A DNA stretch of 64,000 bases from Ophelia neglecta. Its lineage: Eukaryota. The position numbers and the translations under genes are program-made. Shown piece by piece: positions 11,350 to 25,000 of the stretch. The DNA is taken from NCBI GenBank assembly GCA_965285935.1, contig OZ260662.1, positions 119,908,001 to 119,972,000 on the forward strand, in the 5' to 3' direction. Under the pieces are notes generated by a model, which searched no databases, was not told the origin of the DNA, and saw nothing but the letters and a program-made list of their open reading frames with translations. Positions within the stretch are counted from its first letter, which is position 1, and each line of letters opens with the position of its first letter.

Positions 11350-14300
11350 GTGAGAGCGGGCTAGGAAGCCCTCCCTTCCAGACCATCGGAGGGACTCCCC
11401 TATTGGGGGAGGGAGGAAGCTAGGAGGCCCTGCCGTTCAGACCATCGGAGGGACGCCCCTATTGGGGGCGGGAGGGGTCTAGGAGGCCCTGCCGTTCAGA
11501 CCATCGGAGGGACGCCCCTATTGGGGGTGGGAGGGGGCTAGGAGGCCCTGCCGTTCAGACCATCGGAGGGACGCCCCTATTGGGGTGGGAGGGAGCTAGG
11601 AAGCCCCGCCGTTCAGACCATCGAAGGGACGCCCCTATTGGGGGCGGGAGGGAGCTAGGAGGCCCTGACGTTCAGACCATCGGAGGGACGCCCCCATTGG
11701 GGGTCGGAGGGAGCTAGGAGGCCCTGCCGTTCAGACCATCGGAGGGACGCCCCTATTGGGGTTGGGAGGGAGCTAGGAGGCCCTGCCGTTCAGACCATCG
11801 GAGGGACGACCCTATTGGGGGTGGGAGGGAGCTAGGAGGCCCTGCCGTTCAGACCATCGGAGGGACGCCCCTATTGGGGGTGGGAGGGAGCTAGGAAGCC
11901 CCGCCGTTCAGACCATCGAAGGGACGCCCCTATTGGGGGTGGGAGGGAGCTAGGAGGCCCTGCCGTTCAGACCATCGAAGGGACGTCCCTATTGGGGGTG
12001 GGAGGGAGCTAGGAGGCCCTGCTGTTCAGACCATCGAAGGGACGTCCCTATTGGGGGGTGGGAGGGAGCTAGGAGGCCTTGCCGTTCAGACCATCGGAGG
12101 GACGCCCCCATTGGGGGTTGGAGGGAGCTAGGAAGCCTTGCCGTTCAGACCATCGGAAGGACGCCCCTGTTGGGGGTGGGAGGGAGCTAGGAGGCCCTGC
12201 CGTTCAGACCATCGGAGGGACGCCCCTATTGGGACGGGAGGGAGGGAGCTAGGAGGCCCTGCCGTTCAGACCATCGGAGGGACGCCCCTATTGGCGGTGG
12301 GAGGGAGCTAGGAGGCCCTGCCGTTCAGACCATCGGAGGGACGCCCTATTGGGGGTGGGAGGGAGCTAGGAAGCCCTGCCGTTCAGACCATCGGAGGGAC
12401 GCACCTATTGGGGGTGGGAGGGAGCTAGGAGGCCCTGCCGTTCAGACCATCGGAGGGACGCCCCTATTGGGGGTGGGAGGGAGCTAGGAGGCCTTGCCGT
12501 TCAGACCATCGGAGGGACGCCCCTATTGTGGGCGGGAGGGAGCTAGGAAGCCCTGCCGTTCAGACCATCGGAGGGACGCCCTATTGGGGGTGGGAGGGAG
12601 CTAGGAGGCCCTGCCGTTAAGACCATCGGAAGGACGCCCTATTGGGGGTGGGAGGGAGCTAGGAAGCCCTGCCGTTCAGACCATCGGAGGGACGCTCTAT
12701 TGGGGGTGGGAGGGAGCTAGGAGGCCTTGCCGTTCAGACCATCGGAGGGACGCCCTCATTGGGGGTGGGAGGGAGCTAGGAGGCCTTGCCGTTCAGACCA
12801 TCGGAGGGACGCCCCTGTTGGGGGTGGGAGGGAGCTAGGAAGCCCTGCCGTTCAGACCATCGGAGGGACGCCCTCGTTGGGGGTGGGAGGGAGCTAGGAG
12901 GCCTTGCCGTTCAGGCCTTCGGAGGGACGCCCCTGTTGGGGGTGGGAGGGAGCTAGGAAGCCCTGCCGTTCAGACCATCGGAGGGACGCCCTCGTTGGGG
13001 GTGGGAGGGAGCTAGGAGGCCTTGCCGTTCAGGCCTTCGGAGGGACGCCCCAGTTGGGGGTGGGAGGGAGCTAGGAGGCCCTGCCGTTCAGACCATCGGA
13101 GGGACGCCCTATTGGGGGTGGGAGGGAGCTAGGAGGCCCTGCCGTTCAGATTATCGGGGGGACGCCCCTGTTGGGGGTGGGAGGGAGCTAGGAAGCCCTG
13201 CCGTTCAGACCATCGGAGGGACGCCCTCGTTGGGGGTGGGAGGGAGCTAGGAGGCCTTGCCGTTCAGACCATCGGAGGGACGCCCCTGTTGGGGGTGGGA
13301 GGGAGCTAGGAAGCCCTGCCGTTCAGACCATCGGAGGGACGCACCCATTGTGGGAGGGAGCTAGGAGGCCCTGCCGTTCAGACCATCGGAGGGACGCCCT
13401 ATTGGGGGTGGGAGGGAGATAGGAGGCCCTGCCGTTCAGATTATCGGGGGGACGCCCCTGTTGGGGGTGGGAGGGAGCTAGGAGGCCCTGCCGTTCAGTC
13501 CATCGGAGGGACGCCCTATTGGGGGTGGGAGGGAGCTAGGAAGCCATGCCGTTCAGACCATCGGAGCGACGCCCCTATTGGGGGTGGGAGGGAGCTAGGA
13601 GGCCCTGCCGTTCAGATTATCGGGGGGACGCCCCTGTTGGGGGTGGGAGGGAGCTAGGAAGCCCTGCCGTTCAGACCATCGGAGGGACGCCCTCGTTGGG
13701 GGTGGGAGGGAGCTAGGAGGCCTTGCCGTTCAGACCATTGGAGGGACGCCCTCGTTGGGGGTGGGAGGGAGCTAGGAAGCCCTGCCGTTCAGACCATCGG
13801 AGGGACGCACCCATTGTGGGAGGGAGCTAGGAGGCCCTGCCGTTCAGACCATCGGAGGGACGCCCTATTGGGGGTGGGAGGGAGCTAGGAGGCCCTGCCG
13901 TTCAGACCATCGGAGGGACGCCCTATTGGGGGTGGGAGGGAGCTAGGAAGCCATGCCGTTCAGACCATCGGAGGGACGCCCCTATTGGGGGTGGGAGGGA
14001 GCTAGGAGGCCCTGCCGTTCAGACCATCGGAGGGACGCCCTCATTGGGGGTGGGAGGGAGCTAGGAGGCCTTGCCGTTCAGACCATCGGAGGGACGCCCC
14101 TGTTGGGGGTGGGAGGGAGCTAGGAGGCCCTGCCGTTCAGACCATCGGAGGGACGCCCTCATTGGGGGTGGGAGGGAGCTAGGAGGCCTTGCCGTTCAGA
14201 TTATCGGGGGGACGCCCCTGTTGGGGGTGGGAGGGAGCTAGGAGGCCCTGCCGTTCAGACCATCGGAGGGACGCCCTATTGGGGGTGGGAGGGAGCTAGG

Positions 14301-15712
14301 AAGCCATGCCGTTCAGACCATCGGAGGGACGCCCCTATTGGGGGTGGGAGGGAGCTAGGAGGCCCTGCCGTTCAGACCATCGGAGGGACGCCCTCATTGG
14401 GGGTGGGAGGGAGCTAGGAGGCCTTGCCGTTCAGACCATCGGAGGGACGCCCCTGTTGGGGGTGGGAGGGAGCTAGGAAGCCCTGCCGTTTAGACCATCG
14501 GAGGGACGCCTTCGTTGGGGGTGGGAGGGAGCTAGGAGGCCTTGCCGTTCAGACCATCGGAGGGACGCCCCTGTTGGGGGTGGGAGGTAGCTAGGAAGCC
14601 CTGCCGTTCAGACCATCGGAGGGACGCACCCATTGTGGGAGGGAGCTAGGAGGCCCTGCCGTTCAGACCATCGGAGGGACGCCCTATTGGGGGTGGGAGG
14701 GAGCTAGGAGGCCCTGCCGTTCAGATTATCGGGGGGACGCCCCTGTTGGGGGTGGGAGGGAGCTAGGAGGCCCTGCCGTTCTGACCATCGGAGGGACGCC
14801 CTATTGGGGGTGGGAGGGAGCTAGGAAGCCATGCCGTTCAGACCATCGGAGGGACGCCCCTATTGGGGGTGGTAGGGAGCTAGGAAGCCATGCCGTTCAG
14901 ACCATCGGAGGGACGCCCCTATTGGGGGTGGGAGGGAGCTAAGAAGCCCTGCCGTTCAGACCATCGGAGGGACGCCCTATTGGGGGTGGGAGGGAGCTAG
15001 GAGGCCTTGCCGTTGAGACCATCGGAGGGACGCCCCTGTTGGGGGTGGGAGGGAGCTAGGGGGCCTTGCCGTTCAGACCATCGGAGGGACGCCCCTATTG
15101 GGGGTGGGAGGGAGCTAGGAGGCCCTGCCGTTCAGACCATCGGAGGGACGCCCTATTGAGGGTGGGGGGGAGCTAGGAGGCCCTGCCGTTCAGACCATCG
15201 GAGGGACGCCCTATTGGGGGTTGGAGGGAGCTAGGAAGCCCTGCCGTTCAGACCATCGGAGGGACGCCCCTATTGGGGGTGGGAGGGAGCTAGGAAGCCA
15301 TGCCGTTCAGACCATCGGAGGGACGCCCCTATTGGGGGTGGGAGGGAGCTAGGAAGCCATGCCGTTCAGACCATCGGAAGGACGCCCCTATTGGGGGTGG
15401 GAGGGAGCTAAGAATCCCTGCCGTTCAGACCATCGGAGGGACGCCCTATTGGGGGTGGGAGGGAGCTAGGAGGCCTTGCCGTTGAGACCATCGGAGGGAC
15501 GCCCCTGTTGGGGGTGGGAGGGAGCTAGGGGGCCTTGCCGTTCAGACCATCGGAGGGACGCCCCTATTGGGGGTGGGAGGGAGCTAGGAGGCCCTGCCGT
15601 TCAGACCATCGGAGGGACGCCCCATTGGGGGTGGGGGGGGGGGGAGCTAGGAGGCCCTGCCGTTCAGACCATCGGAGGGACGCCCTATTGGGGGGGCTAG
15701 GAGGCCCTGCCG
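11350..15712. repeat. 59-bp minisatellite, about 74 copies (GGGAGGGAGCTAGGAGGCCCTGCCGTTCAGACCATCGGAGGGACGCCCCTATTGGGGGT)
   Basis: Head-to-tail 58-59 bp units over about 4.35 kb with no unique spacers. Confidence 0.98.
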
Positions 15713-17395
15713 TATAGTCCCTCGTATGGAGCCCCAATATGACGGAGGCCCGACTGTGGGCTGAGCTGTGAGCTGTAACAGGCAGTTACAGATAATAGCA
15801 ACACAATATAAACAGTTATAGCAAAAATCAATATAATAAGAACAATAACAATATTTAAAAGCACGCGATGAATTAAGGCGGGGTGAGGTCAGGATAAGAA
15901 TTTTGATTGTGATTGTCTGATACATTTCAAGCATCAAAAATCATTTCCATATCAACTATCGAAGAGTGGCCTTAATAACAAGGGGCTGTTTTAGTGACAG
16001 AGTGTTTTCAGTGAGTAGTTGTGGTGTCAGTGACAAGAGTAATCTCCTCCACAATTTCTGTCCACAGTAACAAGTAGTGGTCTCAGTTGCGCTACTTAAT
16101 TGTGGATTTGGTCAACTTATGTGTGTAAATGCATATTGGAATGCACCTTCAGGAGAAGCACATGCACATTAGAGTACAGTCTAGGAATCAAGAAATTATG
16201 TTTGTAAGCTAGTAGGTTTCTGATGATTTCCGGCCGTTTTAGGCCTGTCACTGCCAATGGCACTTGTACTACTTTAATTTGTCTTTCTCAGTTGTAAGTT
16301 GTTTGCTTACCTCTACTGCTATCTGCCTACTTCAGTCTTTAGATCCTGTTGTTGATCATGTGACGAGTAATTTGGTCATGTGACTTACCTTGGTTGTTAG
16401 ATAGGAACCAGTAAAGTGCAGCTAACTTTGGAGCACATTAAATCATTGTATCGATATTAACGTCAAGGATAATACAGGATCAGTTAAGGGTTTAATCCTG
16501 AACAGAGGTTAGAAGAGCCCCGTAAAGTGTTATTTTAGCTCTCTTCAATGTAGTTTTCATGTAACATTAAGTATTTTTTTTACCGGTAATTTGAATACAT
16601 CTAAAAATGAGTATTTTGTTCTTTGCAGTTTTACGTGAATTTAAAGATAGATCAAAGATGAACGATGCCACATAGCTGTAAAATATACCGTATATGTGTT
16701 ATGGAAATAAAGGCATATTTATCTTAAATTGAACAACAGTTACGTCCTTATGATAGCTGACACAAGGCCATCAATTTTAGGGTGTTAGCTTACGAAAGTT
16801 TTTTGACAAATCATTGAAAAGGAAAATAAATGAATAATGAAATTGAATGAAGTTACACAAGGGATAAAAAGAAAAACAAAACTTGGTACAGGAAAATGAA
16901 AAATGTTAGTAAGAAGTGTTATAAAACCCTTAAACAAAGTGGGAACGAGTAAAAGTACAGGTTCTGCGATCATTTTCCTGTGCTGGGGAAATGAATTGGC
17001 TATTTCCAGTTTTAATTGTATTCGAGTTTCTCATTTTTTAGTCCTGGTGGTTTTGTAAAACAACACATTAAAATGATGGCCTGTTTGGACTTCTCTATGA
17101 CCATTTTTTTTCTTTGTGTGACGAGTGTTCACCGGCGTCGCCCGAGAACATGTATTCATTCAAATCAACAAAATGCATGAATAGAAGAAAAAAATAAAGC
17201 TCAATGTTAAAAATAAACGTTTGGCATGTTGTATTCTTAGTTTAAATTGAACATTGATTACATTTAAATAGATTGAGAAAGGTTATATACATTATATAAT
17301 TACATTGTTGAGAACTAGCAAACTTTCTGTAGTGCACTTTTCCACAGTCTCTTTTTATGAAAATCGGTGCATAATGAAAATGCTAGCCTCAATTA

Positions 17396-17880
17396 CAGTG
17401 TGTCCAAAACGTTCAGATATTCAAATATGATTATCCTCTTTCAGAAATAGGATGCGCATATTCCATCTTGTGGAAAACACGCACACAACAAAAATAAAAT
17501 ACATTACAGTTGGAATTCGATATATATGTCGATAAGGTGGCGAATCGGGTGTGAGTGGCATGATGGTTGACCACTTAAATTTTGGCCATACCCGCTGTAT
17601 CGGGTTCTATTTACCAATATAGAGGGCCCAATGGCCAAAGCAAAAATTTGCCTGCAAAATATTTGAAGTTTCTGCTTACCTAAAGTGAGCATATAGTGTA
17701 TTAAAAATAACACCTAGTCCTTTTTATTAACATGATGAGAAAATATTATATGGCAAACTTAAAGATTGGACATGAAATTTTCTCTGATTCGATTTGCAAC
17801 TCTGAATCTGAAGAGATTCGGTTATTCCAAATTATTTGATTTGATTGAATCAATCTGTAAGTGATTTTTGGACACAACTG
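17396..17880. mobile_element. Possible Tc1/mariner-type MITE
   Basis: TA|CAGTGTGTCCAAAA on the left and TTTTGGACACAACTG on the right (one extra base). The right-hand TA is not preserved. Confidence 0.4.
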
Positions 17881-18554
17881 GTGTGGGTCATATAATCTCT
17901 AAAGAGTCGACACACTTGCTAAACTGTTTTAGCTTGTTAGTGATAATTAGCTAAAATAAAAGCTGGACAAGTCATCTGTAAGCAGTTTATCCTCAGTCAA
18001 AGCTAAGCCCGGCTAATATATCAATGAGGTTTCCAGAATATAATTGATCGCGCTTGAGCCCGACCATCGTCAGTTAAGCACACAATTGCATAAAGTATAT
18101 TTTTCGTCATTTATATAAGTTCTATAGCTAAACACTGGCTTACACATAGTCGGGGAAAAACCCGAGGTGGCTAACTGCCCGAATGGTATTAAAGCTCAAG
18201 ATTAAGGTTTTGCTTTAAATTCTAGCCAGTTAAGGTTTATGTAACCGTAGGGTTGATACTTAGCAGGGCTTAACAACCATTATCCAGCCGTGCGGGAAAC
18301 TTCCAATTAACAGGGTCGGTACACCTAAGTAGAGGTGATATTTAGTGGCAAGGCGCCAAATATACGGATTAAAATTTCGAAAAAACTGCCACTTTTTGAC
18401 GTATAATTTAACAATGTGCTCTTACACTTAGTTCAGAATTAAATGTCAATCATTAAAAGCAGTTTTATAGATCGGAGATATCTAGATTAATTTTAATGGG
18501 CTCGATATGCTAAAGTTATATCCATTAATTCTATGCTTCAACGAGTCAAAAAAT

Positions 18555-18815
18555 GAGTCAAAGGCTGACTCATTTCAGTCCCAAGAATGGGGTACTCCAA
18601 GTATGTAACAAAATGTGATCTCTAGAATGCATGGGTATTGACGAGTTCCTTTCTTAACAGACAGAGCGAAAGAAATTTTTGTCCATCCATTTGGCTTGTT
18701 TCACTACAAAGTGATGCCATTCGAAGTGAAAGATTTTCAGGCAACCTCTCAGAGTTTAATAAACAACAGTGTCCGTGATCTGGAGCATTGTGATGCTTTT
18801 GTTGATGATACAATC
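18555..18815 (+). mobile_element. Ty3/Gypsy reverse transcriptase fragment (degenerate)
   Basis: Manual translation gives KYVTKCDL* / GY*RVPFLTDRAKEIFVHPFGLFHYKVMPFEVKDFQATSQSLINNSVRDLEHCDAFVDDTI, matching Gypsy RT motifs (DLxxGYWQVP, GLFxYxVMPFG, YIDD). It is absent from the ORF track because of stops. Confidence 0.8.
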
Positions 18816-19149
18816 TTGGATAAGTAGTAATGTCATAGATCGTATGACAATAGGGTCAGTCGGGGATGATGTAATAATTCTAGTTCAGCTTGCTAGCAAG
18901 GAGGTGACAGCACTGCATACCAATAGTCTGCACTTGAATGTGGGGCTAGACTACAGATTTGCAGATGTTCCATGTTCATTGCGCAACCTGTAGCTATCAC
19001 ACAAACATACACACATGAGCTGGTAATCATAGATTGTTTTAATATTACTACACACAGTGTATCCATCATGCTATACTAACTGTACTTCTTGTATTTGCCC
19101 CTGATCTGCTATCTCCTTGTTAACAATCTGTGATATATTAAATTAAATT

Positions 19150-19499
19150 ATCAAATTTTAAATTCGTATTGTATTAAGTGCATTCTTGCATTAAGTTAAT
19201 GTTCCTCTTTTATTGGTATACTCGTAATTGTACATTTGTTGTATTATATCAGATTTCTAGTCTACTCCATAATACAGTATCAGCTCTATTTATTTATTTA
19301 ATTTTTCTGGGTGGCCCTCATGGTAGCGTCCATTGGGACTTAGTGGGGGTCTCCCAACCAAATTAATCTCTCGATTGTAAATACTTATTTTGTTAATAAT
19401 TGTCTTTATGTAGCATTATGGTTGGAATATATATTTTTTTTTTGCATGTTATTATTGATTTGGTTGAATAAAAGTTCAGTTCAGTTCAGTTCAGTTCAA
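19150..19499 (+). mobile_element. 5'-truncated LINE 3' end (CR1/L2-like) with (GTTCA)n tail
   Basis: AATAAAA followed by GTTCAGTTCAGTTCAG. The motif GGTGGC...ATG.TAGCGT...ACTTA.TGGG.GTCTCC at 19310 is shared with 26426. The 5' boundary is approximate. Confidence 0.6.
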
Positions 19500-19754
19500 G
19501 TTAGCAATGCAAAAAAAAACAAGACGTTTTAGATTGCATGTCTCAATATCCCTCCCCCGCGTGGGCATAAAGGGAAGAAAATCTTGTGAACTGACTAGAT
19601 AGGTAAATATAAAAAGCCGAGTTGCGTGTTGCTTTCTTACAATGTCGGATAGATTTTTTGAACCATTTTTGATTGATGAATTTGCCTCTTCTAGCCGGCA
19701 TTCATTATACAGAATTATTCACATGAACTTGGAAATATCTCCAGCCATACTGTA

Positions 19755-19880
19755 TTGAATTGAATTGAATTGAATTTATTGCCATGAAAAGAAACAACTA
19801 TGACATGTACAAATGGTATGATATACAATCATATACCAGTAGCCTAATGACATTTCATGATAAAGGGAGAAGGACACCAC
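19755..19880 (-). mobile_element. Short LINE/SINE 3' tail insertion, (TTCAA)n tail
   Basis: Minus strand reads AATAAATTCAATTCAATTCAA. The segment is absent from the paralogous site at ~49575 (TATTGA|GGCGGATAAG). Confidence 0.7.
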
Positions 19881-20279
19881 GGCGGATAAGTATGACACCA
19901 TTAAACATTGGAATAGAATTTGCTCATCGCCTGAAATTTGATTTTACTATTTTTGTAACTTACTAAATGTAGAGATAAATAAATATAATAGCTATTTTAC
20001 ATAAAGTACGTCCAGGCACCGGTTTTAAGCATGACTGACTAGATTTTATTTTAATTTCAGCTTATATGGCGTAACATTCGCTCTTATATTCGCAGTTTAA
20101 GCCTAAGTCCGCCATTCCAGCTTTCATAGAGATTCTGAAAGGAAAATTTTGGCTAACATGGAAGGATGAAAAGTGTTTTATGCACCCAAAACTCTCATCG
20201 GCACTGAATAGAGCGATTTAGAAACTGCTAAGGATAAAAGAATATAGCTCTAGTATAGCGATGCAGAACAATAATATCG

Positions 20280-20600
20280 GACCAATTGGCTATGGCCGCA
20301 TTGTTTGTGATCGAAATGACCGGGACCGAAATGCCATATGATGGGCCACCCCTCGGCGGTTGGCTTCATGCCAAGAGAGTTCATCCTAAGGTCGGCTATT
20401 CTCCAACTGCAGCGTAGTAATATATTACTGGGTCGACCGGCTGCTGGCATTCCCCATTGTGACAATTCAGCGTTCGTCTCTGCATTGCCTTAACATAACG
20501 TGTTTATGTATTAAACGTGTCACAAATACCCACTGTATCCAAGATTCATCTATCTAAGAAGCGGTGTACTGGGGAGAAGGTCGTCCGTGACACGTTTCCG
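20280..20600 (+). promoter_or_regulatory. Putative promoter and non-coding exon 1 of CYP copy A
   Basis: NFI palindrome TTGGCTTCATGCCAA 20360-20374, AGTTCA-N5-AGGTCG 20378-20394, TATA-like TATTAAA ~20509, donor CCG|GTGAGT at 20600/20601. A matching acceptor lies at 22055. The block is conserved in three copies. Confidence 0.6.
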
Positions 20601-22096
20601 GTGAGTGTACGTGCTTTAGTCCACCTGTACAGTCGTTAGTCAAGGCCAGAAGGCCCTGTGTGTAGGAAAGTATCCTGTGAATACTCCGGTTTTACTAGAT
20701 ATAACCTGCTATGGTCATGTGTGAACTATTTATCAGTACCGTGATTTAAAACTAGAATGTTCAAGGCTTCAAGCTATAATAAGTTTAAGGTCCAGCATGT
20801 GTTAAGGCAGTTTTCTTACATGTATATATACTACATGGGACAATGTGGAATCTATAAATAGCATACTGTACCTGTCAGTGCGCTTACCGTACAATTCATT
20901 GCCGACAGGACAATGTCTATATAAATTGCTGCTAGTAGCCATTTACTTGCATAAACAGCCATTTGTAGAGGTTTCCCTCCCCCTGGCTGGAGGTTGGGGG
21001 GGGGGGCTGGAGTTTGGGGGAGGGGCGAAGTTAGGGGGGAAGGCTTGACGGTGGGGGAGGGGGCTGGAGGTTGGGGGGGGGGGGGGGCTGTAGGATGGTG
21101 GGGGGGGGGGGCTTGATGGGATGGGTAATATAAGGGTGTGCGGCTTGGAATGGGCATACATTTCCAAATGAATTTTTCTTTCGAGTAAATAATGAATGGC
21201 AGTAATGGTGTTTCTTCACTCTTACATTTAAAAGTCAAAACTAATAGATATTCAATTTGGTCAGGGTGCCAAATGATGTTCAGTGGGATTTCATAGCAAT
21301 GAATCTTGCGTCGTAATTGAGTGTTGTCTGGTTTTTTCACAGTTTCGTTTTAAATGCATCTGGATAGTTAACACAACCATTTATTAGTACTAACACTTTA
21401 TTGTAATGTATAACAACCAATTGTCATTGATAGAAATCTTTGATTTACCGTAGGTTTCGTACCAGCTCTGGGTCCGCGCGTGCCAACAATTTCTATTAGC
21501 AGCCTAGCAGCTGCACGCCCATCGCGCGTCCTCGCCCGAGAATCGCCATCGCTCGAACGCGACCCTCGTATACCACACATCACTTCTTAAAATCGAGTAC
21601 GCACGTGTGTAAGACAGACTACTTATTTCTTCGTCCGCGACATTACCCAAGAGGCTTTAGGCCATATACGAGCGAAAACCTCCGTCGGCCGAGCGCGCCC
21701 ATCGCGAACAATTACTTTAAGATGGACAGCATCTATCCTCATACGTCTCATTTGTGCAAAATGTTTTATTGATATCAACAAATGTATTCGTAGAAGTTAA
21801 TAATTAGGTGCTACATTCTGGATGATTATGAAATGACCAGAAATAGTCCTGTCTGGATCTCTTATGTGACAGGAACAGGATTGATACAAACCTTTTGCCC
21901 TTTACTTTTGGTTAGTTGGGACATTGAAGTAACAGCCACTTGTATGACCTTTTGTAAAAAAAAAATCATGTAAAAATATCAAGGTAATACAAAATACTAT
22001 AGTAAAAATATTAGTGTAGATTGAAACGCCATACATTTATACTGTTTTATGTCAGGTTCCGTGCATACCAATTTGAGGCTTAACCTAGCAAAAACA

Positions 22097-25000
22097 ATGT
22101 GTGATGTGCTGCGATTGGCCCATGACAACCAAGCCGCCATCTTAGCAGGTGTGGTGGTATTCCTAGGATCGTGGTTCTTCATGAAGTCATGGTTTTCCAG
22201 GAACCGGAAATCGACCCCAGGCCTTCCCAGCATTCCCATACTAGGAAGTCTCCCTTGGCTGTCCATAGATGTGAACCACCTAACATTCATGAAGCTCTAC
22301 AAAAAATACGGGGCCATCTACACCATGGACCTTGGGAGTCAGTAAGTTATATTAGCAGGAGACATGTAAACAGTCACGCATTATTTGAAATACCCATTCA
22401 ACTAAAAGCAAGTTTGTCATTATTATACGATCGCTGCAAGTATTAAGATAATCACAAGGGACGATACAGCAAAACATCAATGATACATCTTGGGTATCAT
22501 GCATACTCGCTGCCATAATTGAACCAGACATTTATCACAGCAACCCTCATGTCGTTTTAACATGTGGTAAAAATTGATGTATAGCATGGCACGAATGATG
22601 AATGGGTCTTCTTCAGGCGCACCGTGGTCCTGAACGACCACCGCAGCATACACGATGCACTCGTCAAGCAAGCAGTGATATTCGCTGATAGACCACCTTT
22701 CAATATGCTCAAGACAAATAAAAATCAACATGGTAAGCTGAGGGGTAATGTTTTGGGCTTCCAGCTGAGCTTTCTGAATGGAAGATTCTTGATTATTGAT
22801 TTTGTATTGAATGAATGGCATATACTCCCGTTTTGTCATCAAGGGGCACATCTTGATATTCTCTACTAATGCTTTGCCTGGGTCTACCAGGTATCCCCTC
22901 CCGTTTAATATATTACCTTTTTCAATATAGCATTTTAATTTAGCAGCTGTGTTTTAGTTTTTTTTTATTATATTTGAACTATTTTACATGTTATATCTTA
23001 ATGAGTAGAGTCAGCTAGCATTTTATTTATTATCGTGGTATCTCCTTGTGTATACTACAATGAACAGACTGGCATGTCTTTACCCATTACTGTACCTACA
23101 ATTGCCTAGATTAAGCGATAAGCAATGAGGGAGCAAACCCAAAAGCAGGGGTTCTTATATTGTCTAGAGAAGATAGCCTCTGTATTATTGCCCGCGTTCC
23201 CCATTCCACTCGTTTCTGCTAACGGTCTCATTCTTAACTCGGATAGATATCAAGATAAAAGTGCTTAATCAGTCTTAACTTGTTGATCTGTTTTTTATTG
23301 TAGCTAGATTTGGTGTTTATCTATACATTTTGGTCTTACATTTAATTGATCTACAGCTATTCGGTACAGGATAATCTTATCAACAAAATTCTAGATCCTG
23401 TGCCCTGTTATGGTGTCACAAAGCGTACGATGCACATGATATGAAAAACATTATTTCAGGTATAGTCGTTGCTCGTTTCGACGAGAAGTTCTCGCGCACC
23501 AAGCAGGTCTCTCTAGCCGTCATGCGGGACCTTGGGTGTGGAAGAAACGCTATGGAAGAAAGAATACTGTGTGAGGTTCGAGATTTACTTGACACTATAA
23601 GTAACCAAGAAGCCAAGCCTTTCGACCCTGGGGAACTTCTTTATGTTTCCGTTTCGAACATAGCCTGTTCTCTGCTTTTCAACAAAAGATTTGCTCATCA
23701 CGATGCCAGATTAATCGAAAAACTCACTATGCTCCGTGAGATGATAAAAACATCAGGCGAACTTGTCATTGCCAAAACCATACCTCTTATGTCATATCTC
23801 CCTTGGGCAAAGCGACGTCTTCAAGTATTGATAAGATGCGATCGCATTATAAAGGATTTCATTAGAGAGGAACTCAATTCCCAGTCTGTATCACGGAACC
23901 CGGAGGACCACGAGAGCAACTTTATGGCGGCATATACACATAAAATGGCCGCGGCCTTAGATGCAGAATCGCTGCCGTATATTGCTTTTGATTTTTTCGC
24001 GGCGGGAAGCGATACAACATCAACGACGTTACGATGGGCTTTGTTGTACATGGCAAATAACCCTGATGTACAGTCACGTGTTCAGCTCGAGATTGATGAC
24101 GTCATAGGCCAAGGTCGACCGCCGTCGATGTCAGACCGTGGGTCGTTGAATTATGTGGAGGCGGTTCTCTTGGAGACACTCCGCAAGTCTACTATCACAC
24201 CGTTAGCTGTTCCTCACAGATTGTCTTCTGACACCGAACTACAGGGATTCTTTCTGGAGAAAGGCACTGTGGTAAGTATTCCGGAATCTTCTATTTTTAA
24301 GTGAAGTTGATAAATTCGTATTGAGAGTCAGAATAGTGATTTTATATCAACTCGATCACTTAAAGTGTATATGTTAACTTAGCAGACAGGCTATTGTGTA
24401 TTTCTCATCTCATCCTTTACTAACTTTTAATCAAACATATATATATATATATCTTACATGGTCTCAATGTTTTGATACTCATAAATGTTTTCTTTCATCC
24501 AAAATGTATAAGTAAATAAGTTTGAACCAACAATCGGTTTTGGTTGAAATCCAAAATATAAAAATTAGGACAATATTAATTCAAATATTCTGCTGTAATC
24601 CTAGGTATACACCAATCTCTGGGCAGTTCACCATGACCCGGATGTGTGGCTTGACCCAGAAAAGTTTGACGCAGAACGTTTCCTTGACTGCCATGGGCAG
24701 GTGACCGGGAGGGAAAAGATAATTTCGTTTGGTGTAGGTATGTTGAGACGTGCTTCGGTTAATTTGTTCGTATTGTTAACAGTGATACATTACATGTGAC
24801 GTTTTGAACAAATCAGAGTGAACATGCAAAATGTGTCCGAAATGGGAGGCATCGATTGTGTCCGACTTAACATATATAAAACTGGCGAGTGGATTGACAT
24901 ATTATATGCCCATATCAAAGGCCTTTGAACAATCTACTTATATTTCTAGTTTTCATACACTAAAGATGATTTAATCACAATAATATGCCTCTTCACAGAA

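Noticed and set aside
11350-15712. CRISPR-like array
   Set aside because: Units are head-to-tail with no unique spacers, there are no cas genes, and the context is eukaryotic with spliced genes.
22049-22096. Upstream in-frame ATG extending CYP A by 16 aa
   Set aside because: It overlaps a probable acceptor (TGTCAG, 22055) and is absent in copy B, whose equivalent region has an in-frame stop.
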